Shown one piece after another: positions 11,300 through 23,200 of a stretch of 64,000 nt of DNA. Position 1 is the first letter of the stretch; the number at the start of each line of letters is the position of its first letter. The notes under the pieces are model-generated. The model saw nothing but the letters and a program-made list of their open reading frames with translations, had not been told where the DNA came from and ran no database searches. A program made the translations under genes and the position numbers. Origin of the DNA: Nymphaea colorata (taxonomy: Eukaryota); the NCBI RefSeq assembly GCF_008831285.2, contig NC_045138.2, forward strand, positions 39,556,001 to 39,620,000, read 5' to 3'.

Positions 11300-13943
11300 T
11301 CTCTACGGCGACAACTCCTGTGGTTGATCGGACTGATATTTCTGGTGATCAAAATGAGTCACCTTTCCTCATGCACCACTTTGATAATCCTGGTGCATGA
11401 GGAAAGGTGACTCATGCCCCAGGATAACTCATTTTTGTGTCATGGTATTTACTCAATTCAATACTCATGTGAAATGTGTTCGGAGTGATAATGGTGCTGA
11501 ATTTATAACTAATAATATGCAAGCATATTTTCATGAGCATGTCATAGAACATCAAACTTCATGTGTTGGAACTCATCAACAAAATGAGCATGTTGAGATG
11601 AAGCATCGTCATCTATTAGAAGTGGCACGAGCACTTAGGTTTCAAGCAAATCTACCTATTACTTTTTGGGGTGAATGTATTTTGACTGTAACTTTTTTAA
11701 TAAATAGAATGTCATCAACTCTTTTAAATGACAAGTCTCCATTTGAACTTCTTTATAATGAAAAAACCCAATTATGCAGACTTGCATGTTTTTGGATGTT
11801 TGTACTATGCCAAAAATTTAAATCTACTGCACAAGTTCTCATCACGTGCACACAAATGTGTTTTTGTAGGTTATCCTCACAATAAAAAAGGGTATCGTGT
11901 ATATGATTTAGATACCAAACAAATTTCTACAAGTAGAGATATAACCTTTTTTATGATCATTTTTCATTTCTAACAAAAAACTATCATACTAATGATTTGA
12001 ATAATATCGTTTTATCTCAACCCCAAGGTGATTATCTTAATGAGAAGTATATGACACCGTGTGAGAATGGCGTTCCAGAAAATTCTTTCCCACTATCACC
12101 CATTCAATCTCACGATTCCATCAACAATGACTAAAATAAGCCAGTCTCTCATGTTTCATATCAACAAAAAAATTTCACCTCCAGACTCACTTGCTCTACG
12201 CCGATCTAGTCGTACTTGTCATTCCCCTTCCTACCTTCAAGACTATGTGTGTTCCAATATGAGGGTTACAAGTTCACCGCCTAAGGAATCTACTTCAACT
12301 AAGCAATCCTCAGGTACATGTTATCACATACACAATTTTCTATCTGTTCACAAATTTTCTAAATCACATTATGCCTTTTTAACCTCTATTATGAGTGATG
12401 TTGAACCTAGCTCGTATGCGGAAGCCGTTAAGTATCAACATTGGCAAAGTGCTATGGTTGATGAGATTCGGGCTCTTGAACAAAACAGTACATGGTCCAT
12501 TACTACTTTGCCTCCAAACAAACATCCAATTAGATGTCGTTGGGTTTATAAGATAAAACGACAATCAGATAGAAGTATTGAACACTACAAAGCCAGACTT
12601 GTCGCCAAATGGTACACTCAACTAGAGGGACTTGATTATCATAAGACATTTGCTCCAGTTGCAAAATTAACAATCATGCGCACGCTTCTTGCTCTTGCCT
12701 CTATTCAAGGATGGTACCTATATCAAATGGATGTGAGTAATCCATTTATACATGGAGAATTATATGAGGAAATATACATGATCATCACCAGGCCTCTTGC
12801 GTGATGGGGAGTATACTAGTAATAAAGTGTGTTGCCTTCATAAGTCTCTGTATGGACCCAAGCAAGCGCCACGTAACTGGTTTCACAAGCTGTTATCAGC
12901 ACTCAAAGGCGCTGGTTTCATTCAATCATCAGCTAACAACACTCACTTTACTCGGAAACATGAAAAACAATTTATTGCTATTCTTGTCTATGTTGATGAT
13001 CTTATTATTGCAGGAAATGATGAACCAGGAATTGCTTCAGTTAAGCAATATTTACATTCGAAATTTCATATTAAGGACTTGGGAATACTTAAGTATTTTC
13101 TTGTCATAGAAATTGCAAGAGCGCAATCGAGAATATTTCTAAGTCAAAGAAAATATATTGTGGATATTTTGAATGATGCAGGTTTGATGGGAGCTAAGCC
13201 TATAGACTTTCAATGGAGCAAAAAATACGATTAACTCCCAATGATGGTATTCCACTGAAAGATCCAACTAAATACAGGAGGTTAGTTGGACGTATGATTT
13301 ATTTAATCATTACTCATCCAAACATAATGTATTCAATCCAAGTTCTCAGTCAGTTCATGCAATCATCATGAACTACACACTATGAAGCAGCACTTATAGT
13401 ATTGAAGTATTTGAAGGCTTCACCAGCAAAAGAAATATTTTTATTCTTATCAAGTGCAAAACAATTGAGGGCTTATTGTGACTCAGATTGGGCTAGCTGT
13501 CCTACCACTCGTAAATCAGTTAGTGGATATATTGTGTTCTTGAGGAATAGCCCTATCTCTTGAAAACCAAAGAAGCAATCTACTGTTGCTAGATCGTTTG
13601 CTGAAGCAAAATACCGAGCAATGACTTTGACAACTTGTGAAGTTGTTTGGTTAAAAGCCTTATTGAATGAATTGCGTGGAGTCATGATAAACCAGCCAAT
13701 TTATATTGCGACAATCAAGCAGCTTTGCATATTTCAGTAAATCCAGTTTTTCATGAAAGAACAAAACACATAGAGCTAGATTGTCACTTTGTAAGAGAAA
13801 AAATTCAGCAAGGAATCATTCGGGTTCATCATGTATCATCATGTTTGCAACTAGCTGATATTTTCACTAAACCATTGGAGAAAGATAGTTTTCAAACTTT
13901 AAGAATCAAGTTGGGTGTTTCAGATTTGCACACACCAACTTGA
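11300..13943 (+). pseudogene. Disrupted copia gag-pol: gag N-terminal stub, integrase core, reverse transcriptase, RNase H
   Basis: gag-like SPFLMHHFDNPG. Integrase VKCVRSDNGAEF...QQNEHVEMKHRHLLEVARAL. RT WVYKIK...YKARLVAK...TFAPVAK...LYGPKQAPRNW...YVDDLII. RNase H YCDSDWA...[14 protein letters not shown]...[10 protein letters not shown]. Multiple frameshifts and stops. Confidence 0.95.
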
Positions 13944-13950
13944 GGGGGAC
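13942..13950 (+). other. Polypurine tract (GAGGGGGAC)
   Basis: Sits between the RNase H stop and the 3' LTR start. Confidence 0.85.
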
Positions 13951-14227
13951 TATTGGAGAGGAAAATCAGCAAACTGATTTTCAGGAATCAAGAAAATCTT
14001 TCCTATACATCAAAGAGGAAAATCAGAAAGTGAAATTTCAGGAAAGAAATTATAATCTTTCCTTGTATTGTTGTAAATCACAAGATTGTGATCTTTCAAT
14101 CCCAAAATTTGTGGGATCTGCACATACTATAAACTTATATAAATACCCCATCGTATATGAAATGATGCAACTCTTTTGGCTCATTCATCTTCCTCGTTTC
14201 TCTTTTTCTCTCACGCTTTTCTTCTCA
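13951..14227 (+). repeat. 3' LTR (277 bp; TATTGG...TCTCA)
   Basis: Direct repeat of 10208-10475, followed by the CTGAA TSD. Confidence 0.95.
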
Positions 14228-16517
14228 CTGAACTTGTTGAAAAGATTGATAAGCTGGACACCTTTCTGCCGTTCTTTTGCTAAATGTCCCCATTTCTTGC
14301 TTCTTGGAAATAGCAATCCAGAATTATCAAAACGCCCTTGAAATTATAGTTCAACAAGATGAGACCAAGTTTAAGTTGCCATCCACAAATCAGGGCAGAT
14401 GCCATCTGAGCCCAGACGGGACGAGCAATATTATTCATCTCATTCCTAGAGCCACAAAAAGAAAACACAAATCCTAGGGGCCATTTGACAGCGATTCAAC
14501 GGATTTGAGATGGCTGAACACTTTAGACACTCGGTTGAAATTGAATATGAGACAATCAAAGACAAAACAACATTTTAGTCAAAACTGGCTCATATATGAC
14601 CTTTAGAGGGCGTTTGATGGTCACAGGGACACGCAAAGCAAAACACATGTGTCTTGTTCAATCGATTTTTTTATTAAACACCGTCCGCAGTACATGACAG
14701 ACACGGCGGACAATTGAGCAGGGGTATAAATTACCTATTGTTCCACATTGTTCTGAGCTAACCCTCAAAACAACGTGGAACAGAACACCATCTCCCGCCT
14801 TCGAGCTGCCCTCGCGTTGAGCTTCTCTCCTTCTCCTCTGTCTCTCCGCCTTTTCTCTTCTGTCTCCCCCTCGCCCCCATCTCCCCTTTCTCTCTTCTGA
14901 GTCTCCCTCTCACCACTGCACTAGGCCTTTCTCCTCGACTAGTTTGATTCTGAATAATAATTCTGTTATTTTTGTACTATCATAGCATTTGTTTCCTTTT
15001 TTCAAATTTTAAGTTTCTATCCTTCAATGATTTGATTCTTCTCAAAAATGGTGCAAACATTTTTTATGAGTTGCGAATCTCTTTCCTTGAACAGCTGCAA
15101 TTGCTGCCTACTTCATCGATCCTAGAGTGTGCAAAGAGAAACACTCATGCAAATTTTGATAAGTTGAATTAAGAGTATAATTCTTGGCCACTCCATGTAC
15201 TTGGCTTTCTCTGCTTCGTCTGTTGATGATTTTCCCCATAGAGCTTGTTCTATGATGTTGATTCCTATTGTCATTGAACAGAACTGCAGCTTAAGCTGCC
15301 TTTGTCTTCCTTTAAGACCTTATGTATCAGAGTTGGAGTTGTACATCTTCTTCTCATCTCTGATATGTTTAACTCTGAAATATGAAAACCAGTAATTCCT
15401 ACCATGGCATCTTTTTTTTCTTCATGTTGGTAATTGGAATTTGAAAGCTCCAATTAAATGGTAAGACATTTCCCCATCCATGATATTGTTCGGCACAAAA
15501 AATCTAAAAATTTTAGTTTAACTTATATAAAAATTCTAAAAAAAACCTTGCAACAAAAAAATTTATAGTTCTTCCCTTACTTTTATTTTCAGTTTTACTT
15601 TACCTGCCCTCAGCGCCCCTCCATCCATATTGTGATTTGGTCATTGATCATATTGACTAATTTAAGTTGGTATCTGTAACCAGTTCTGAACCCCAGTCTA
15701 GCACATTGAGTACTGCAACACACTGTGTTCTAAGAGCAGATGTTTTATCACAAAAACATTGTGTTCTTAAATATTTACTCTTAACGTGTGCTTCAAAAAA
15801 ACATTATGTTCTTCGCTTCTGTTGTTTCCGTAGACGCTTTGTTATGAATGGTATCCCTCGATTCAACACTTAAATATTTGTCGGCATGTTCCATGAAACG
15901 AAAACACGGTGTTCATAATTATTTTAATTTAATCTGTGGAGCTTTTGAATGGGTGAATCAACAAGTTCACTATGTGAAACACCTGAAAATGTTTTAGAAA
16001 AAATATAAAAAACTAATTAACATAATAATTTTTTTGTTTGAAAAGATCATATTAATACTACTTAAACATAATATTCTTCTTATCAAAGTGCTCTTCTACT
16101 GCTCTTTAAGAAAGCCAGAGTGTGACTTTCTGTACATAAAATATCGAAATTATTTTATGTATCTTCTATTTTTCAATAGATGTAAGAATATTTTTGTTCG
16201 ATGCACTTCTTTCAGTTGCTGAATCGGGCGATTCATTTACCGCTTCCATTCAAAATCCGATTTCTTTTGTGACACTGGCTTCCGGTTCTTCTATACTTTT
16301 TTTTTATTCTTTTCCAATCGAAATTGGCGCGCAGACAGAAATTGGTATTTTACTATTTTGCCCTCTTCGAATTATTTATTTAATCATATGTATATATATT
16401 TCTGTATATTTGGTGCGAGACTCTCCCTCACTCTTTCTCACTGAGTTCCGGGAACTGCTGTTGGCGCGTCCGCTTCATCTCTTTCCTTTTTGAAACCCTT
16501 CCCTCCTTTCGGGACCA

Positions 16518-16572
16518 GGAAGAAGAAGAAGAAGAAGCAGAAGCAGAGAGAGAGAGAGAAAGAGGGAGAGAG
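16518..16572 (+). repeat. (GAA)n/(GA)n purine tract in the gamma-tubulin 5' leader
   Basis: Directly visible, immediately before the ATG at 16573. Confidence 0.85.
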
Positions 16573-19500
16573 ATGCCGCGGGAGATCATAACGCTGCAGG
16601 TGGGGCAATGCGGCAACCAGATCGGGATGGAGTTCTGGAAGCAGCTCTGCCTCGAGCACGGCATCAGCCAAGACGGCATCCTCGAGGACTTCGCCACCCA
16701 GGCACTCCCTCGCCTCTCCTCTCCCTTCTGTTATTTTCCTTTTCGCTGGATTTCTTTTCTCAAAAGCCGTCGTCGTTTCCCCCTTTCACTCGGAGCCATC
16801 GTCCTCTTCTTCCGCCCCTCCCGAGTAGAATCGTGACGGCCGCCGTTGGGTTATTTGATCGAATGCACGGATCGCACGTTTTCTTTTCCTTTTGAGACGT
16901 CATTACGAAGGGAGGGGTTGCAATTCCATTTCAAGAAGTTTGCCCCCGTGAATTGGAATTCAGACGTCTTGTGTGTGAACAGCCACACCTTTAGTGCGTT
17001 TGTACTTTGCTGAAGCTCTACAGATGTCCGCTTGATTGCCTGTATTTAACGTTGGTGCGAAAAGGAACCTCTGATCCATGTTTTGGGACTAAGCTGACGT
17101 GCCTAGTTCTTTCTTTTTCTTTATTGCGGTTGGTCCGATCCTGTTGCTTCCTTTTCGATGTGTTTGGCTTGCAACCTCCTATTTCTCCATTTTTATGGCG
17201 GCTGAAGTTGGCTACTGTAGCTAGTTCTTAAGATCAGCAGCAAGTAAGCCCACCAAGGGTCCAGACACCAAAAGGAGGAGAATGACATAAAAAGGGGGAG
17301 AGTGTATCTAATAGATGCTTGTAGAAATAGCAAAAGAGTGAATGTCGAGCGGTGTCAACAAACAATTGAGTTTCAACTTTCTCTTCATCACAAGCGCCAC
17401 TAGTAAATGATCACAGGATTTGAAATAATCTCGCTTCTATTCTGAGCTTATTAAATAATAACACCACCGGAGGAAGAATTTCGTCCGATCATTTCATAAA
17501 TTACTTGTTGCACAATCTAGTCTGAAACATTATTCTCCTAATATACATGTACAGATTGCGCTAAAATTTAAGTAACAAACCAAGGTCATCTACCAGATAC
17601 AACTACATTTTCGCAGATTACAGTGATTATATCTCAGTCGAATAGTAGGGGAGAGGGGAATCGAAGATTATGGTGATGGATCTTTTTGTTGCTTAAAAGA
17701 AATTGTCATGGTGTGAAATGAAAGATTAGCGCCGGATGGCATACATATACATGATGACAACTGCATAGACAGGCTACGTCATGTGATGACTGAAAGTTGA
17801 AACTGCGCAAGCAAAATGAATGTAGGCACTGGAGGTATTTTAGGGGAAAAAGAGAATGAGTGCACAAATGATTGCCTCGGCCCCCACTAGGCCATTGTGG
17901 AATTCGTTTACCTAGGTATTGCCTAGCATTTTTTGAGTCTTAACTATATGGCCAGGGTGAGAGTGCAATGCACGTTTTTTATGACATGGAAAGTCATTGT
18001 TCATGTGAAATGTAGTGAATGCTACTTAATACTTGCGAAGGGACATTGTTTTTATTGATAAAATAAGGCCTGGAAAAATTATAAGAATTGTTCATTTGCA
18101 GTTCAATACATATCCTATTATTTTGTGTAATGACTTGGGAAACTTAACATGTTTGTTTTTTTCTTTTGAGTACTTTTATTATAATGCATCTTGTAATTTA
18201 TCAAAAATTCTGTTATTCAAAGCATGTCAAAAATGGTAAAAATTCTCGTCCAATGCAATTTTATCATTTGAAATGGTGCTTTTGCTGATCAGAAAATTTT
18301 CTTCCTTCCTGTCATTGAGAAAGCATTATTCATTCCTCTTCATTGGTTGGTGATATTGGCGCTCGAGACAATTATGAGAGATCTGAACAGTTCCTGGTTT
18401 ATTTTGCCATCCATATTCAAGTTTATTATTTTCTAATGCATCATTAATTTGCATGTTCTTCATTGCTTTCTCGTGGTTTCCTTTATGGCTGATAGGTTTC
18501 TAATTGGCCTCTAGGGAGGTCATAATGATGTGCATTATGTGCTATCTCCTAAATTCCTAATGCATATGGTGGAGATGGTCCCTTACCATAAAGGTGCCTT
18601 GAAAATGTGATGCAGGGTGGAGACAGAAAAGATGTATTTTTCTACCAAGCTGATGATGAACATTATATACCAAGGGCTCTTCTGATAGATTTGGAGCCTA
18701 GGGTCATTAATGGCATTCAAAACAGCGAGTATCGGAACCTGTACAATCACGAAAACATCTTTGTCTCTGACCATGGAGGCGGTGCTGGAAATAATTGGGC
18801 TAGTGGTTATCACCAGGTCCGTCACTTATGATCTTTTTCTCTTTATGCAGTTTATTTTTTCATTGTAAGGGCATGATATGTGCGGGTGATTGTGTTTTTC
18901 TAGATTATGGTTGAAAACTTGAGTTTTTATTTTGAAAAATCATAGTAAACATGGATTGTGTTTCAGAACCTAGGTCCTTGGAATTTATTGTAGCCTGTCA
19001 TGCATCGTCTGTTAGCATCTGTGCCAGAATCATTCTATAGAGATTCTATACCATGTCGTCTTTTACAAATTTCCAGCAAAGCTTTTTGGAACATTTGTTA
19101 TTGGTTAGTTTCTAAGGATCTTGTCTTCTTGCTTTTGTAATTGCATGCTATTTATATTTGTATTCACCTGGTAAAAAGGCTGACCTTTAGACCACTGTGT
19201 TGTAATAATTTTGCTATCCCCTCAGGGTGAGCAAGTTCAGGAAGATATTATGGACATGGTGGACAGAGAAGCTGATGGAAGTGACAGCCTTGAGGGTTTT
19301 GTTCTCTGTCATTCAATAGCTGGGGGGACAGGCTCAGGTTCTCAAATATGACCTTGTTTTTCTATTTTATGTAATTATTAATAATATTTTGAATACATTC
19401 TATGGATGTTAAATTTATACTTGTCATTAGAACTCCTTTACATTGTTAGGTAAAAACAACCTGAAAAGGTAAGACAGCATGAGAATTTAATTGGATTCAG

Positions 19501-20163
19501 ATTTTTCATGATTTTGTAATGTTTTTTACATTCTATAACTTATCTGTATACTTAAAAACGTAAACGGGGATTATTTAGGTACTTGCCAAATGTAGCTAAA
19601 CAGCACAGATTAAATATAGGCCAAAGGCAAGTTCTTGGGCATTAAGTAACGGGAAGACTTGCCTATAATGAAAAAAATATGAAATCACAATATAACAATT
19701 ATACTTTTTATGCCCTTTACTGCTTTTAATTTCAACTGGTTTATTTGGATCTCCATACACTCCTAGCACATGAGCCTTTAGTGGATGTTTAATAAATAAT
19801 GGTCTCTGTGTCAATGTCACTTGTGTTGCCATGCATCTATAAATTGCACGAAAAGAAAATTTAAGTTCTTCTTCCATATAGTTCCATTTTGTTTTCTGCT
19901 CAGCTTCAGGCAAAGGTGCTTAGCTCCTTCTCAGGTGTTCGTGATTTATTGCTTAATGGGCTGGTTAATCAAGGAAGGCACCACAGTAGCACCTTTATTT
20001 CACAAACTATACTCATATTATATAAACAGAATGCTTCTCTTGAAACAAAGATTCTTTGTGAGTTTTGGCTTAAGTCACATGGGTATGGGTACGATACAGG
20101 TATGGGTACAAAGATGCAGGTACAACTACGATGATTTTAGAAAATTTGGGTGTGGGGATACGG

Positions 20164-20225
<62 letters not shown>

Positions 20226-23200
20226 TCCACAAAAAATGCTCAAAATTAAGGAAAAATGAGAGGAAAGTATATAATATTAGTGGAAGGGAAATACAAAAGA
20301 AGAGGAAAATCAAAATTAAAGAAAAAATTAAGTTTGAAAATATAATTTTAAATGTTTTAAAATGAAGCCGTACCAACGTACCCGTGTTGTTGTACCCATG
20401 TACCGGCACGGGTATCTGGGCAAATTACAAGTACCCGTGTCACATAGGTTTTGGCAAAATTTTGAAAGCTTTGGCATCATCACCTCGTTTTATACACGTC
20501 ATTGTGTTGTTGCAGCAGATTTGTCCAAGCCTTAATGAAGTAGGAATTTCTTCAGAGTGTTTGTGTACTAAATTACTAATGGTTTCTTGTTTGTATTATG
20601 GGTCTTATGCACAACTTCCCCTGTGAACATTTCACTCTTTTGGTAATGCACACGAACCTTTGATAGAGGGTTTGTGTGACAGGCTGACAGCTGGAAGTAT
20701 TTTGCGTTTCCTGTGTAAATCAGGATTACTTTCATTATTTTATCAATCTGTGGATCTACCTTTTCTATTGTGGGAATTCTAATTTTGTTATTTTCAATTG
20801 TCATTTCTTTTATGAAAATTTCAAATATTATATCTATATATTTATGTCTGTCGTATTTAGTTTGATTTTTATCTTCCTGATGGCAGGAATGGGCTCCTAT
20901 CTTTTAGAAACTTTGAATGATCGCTACAGCAAGAAACTTGTTCAGACATACAGTGTATTCCCCAACCAAATGGAAATAAGTGATGTGGTGGTTCAGCCCT
21001 ACAACTCTCTGTTGACTCTGAAGAGGCTAACACTAAACGCAGATTGTGTTGTTGTTCTTGACAATACTGCACTAAATCGGATCGCAGTGGAGCGACTTCA
21101 TATTCCAAACCCTACATTTGCTCAAACTAATTCACTGGTTTCGACAGTGATGTCTGCAAGCACGACCACGCTTCGATATCCTGGATATATGAACAATGAC
21201 TTGGTTGGCCTACTTGCTTCCCTAATTCCTACTCCAAGATGCCACTTTCTGATGACTGGCTATACACCACTAACAGTGGAACGTCAGGTCAAAAATTTCC
21301 TTATTTGGCAAATTCATTTGTTTTCTTTCTCACATGTCACTAGGCATAATATTTTTGCTTTCTTTTATTAGATTATCAACCTATGAGAAAGAGACATCTT
21401 CGATCTTTCTTCTCTTTCACAAAATATTTATTTGTATAGTAACAATTCCTAGCCACATGTTTGTTGTAAGAGATTTTCATTTCTTACTATTCCATGTTTT
21501 GCAGGCCAATGCAATTCGAAAGACCACTGTACTTGATGTCATGAGAAGACTTCTTCAGGCAAGTTTATCCCTATGAGTCACTTGTTCACTGACCAATTAC
21601 TTTGTTATTACAGCTATCAATATCATTTCATGGTATAATAATATAATTATTATCATCATTGATGTAATAACTCCTTTTTTCTTAGAATACAATTTTTAGA
21701 TAGTCATACTCATTCTATTTGACTAGTTGATTGTCAATGGATTGATTATAATACAGTCCATGTTCTTGTGAGAAGGTGGAGCTTAGGTAACCACCAAGCA
21801 AGGTTGTTGTGCACAAATGTGCAATGGATATATTAATTTACTCTTGTTTTTTGGATAGAATTATTTGCTTGCCATGCTTCTTTTATTTTTATTTTTTCCT
21901 TATGTTGTCTGTTTTCGGTTTTTGATAGACAAAAAATATCATGGTTTCTTCTTATGCTCGTACTAAAGAGGCCAGTCAAGCGAAATACATATCTATATTG
22001 AATATCATTCAAGGAGAGGTTGATCCCACACAGGTACCTTGTCATCTCATACTCATGTTTATTGTTTTCCTGCCTAGTAATTGAGTTTATGGCCATCTTT
22101 TTCTGCTACCCAATGTCAGCCTCTTTACATTGAATATGCTCTTTATAGATTATGTTCCAAAGAAAAAAAAATGGTTATTAGATCTCTCAGGTTAATAGTT
22201 GTCCTTGAATTGCAGTACATGTGCAAGCATAAATTGAATCTTATAGCAACTTGTGTTTGTAAGTTTCTTGTGGTTGTAATCTTTATGTGGATTTGTAGTT
22301 CAGGTAACTGTTGACTGGACCTTATTTGCAAGTTATGTGTGTCGCACGTAGGAATTTCTGCATCCTTGTCCTTTGCGAGTGGTACTGATAGGACATAGTT
22401 GGCTGAAGCACTTGTGGTTGAATAATATTGGAGAACATAATTTCAGTCAATAATTATTGAAAAGATAAGATGATATTGGTATTGGTTAACTCTGAATATA
22501 ATATATTTCCTTCTTCGTATTCATTTTTCTTACGTGACGATAAGTATGGCGCAAGCATACAACTGTACAAGAAAAACAAGGGTTGGTAGAAGTTGAACGT
22601 GGTATATTTTTCTTTCCTTATTGAACAATCTTGAACCTGAGAAATGAGAATGTGATCAGTATTGTCCAAAGAAAATGGTCATGAAACTGTGGAAAAATCT
22701 TGTTCCAAATGCTTAATAAAAGATGTATATGCGGGCCAAGACTCAAGAGGTAGCCAATACTAGCACACTGAACTGTATCTTGAGATCTTGAAGTGCACAT
22801 GGTGTGGTGTGCATGCGGATGCTCAGACAAGTATCAGAAAAGAAATTTGATGAAGGTACTTGAGTGGGTATTGAGAACTACCTATAGTCAATGAAACTAA
22901 TTCTTGAATTTTCTCGGTTCTTTATATTTTGTTGAAACTTGCACATTCATTAGGAGTATTAATACCTTAAAGAAAGGCTATTGTGTAGTTAAATAGTAAG
23001 AAAGTCTTGCTCTTGCACCAGGAGCTTTTTGGGACAAGGCAACATAAGCATTTGTATGGTGGAAGAGCTCAAGAGACTTTTTAGTATGGCACGCTTACTA
23101 GATCTTTCTGAATATTAACATTTATAATATTATTGTGGGTTCATAATTAAATTTAGGTCATATCCCACTAAATGGTTCTTATGACTCATTTAATTAGTGG

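Larger units (their letters stand above)
10208..14227 (+). mobile_element. Ty1/copia LTR retrotransposon, both LTRs present, internally deleted and non-functional (4020 bp)
   Basis: Direct LTRs at 10208-10475 and 13951-14227. TSD CTGAA at 10203-10207 and 14228-14232. tRNA-iMet primer-binding site and polypurine tract present. Domain order is integrase-RT-RNase H. Confidence 0.97.

Noticed and set aside
14606..15870. Possible 1.2-kb non-autonomous Harbinger element starting GAGGGCGTTTGA
   Set aside because: I could not identify a convincing right-hand TIR or TSD.
16428..16895. ORFs overlapping gamma-tubulin exon 1 on both strands
   Set aside because: They are shadows of a GC-rich exon plus GAA/GA repeats.
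19821..20409. ORFs containing YIYIYI runs (also at 49468-49755 and 30585-30830)
   Set aside because: They are translations of (TA)n microsatellites.
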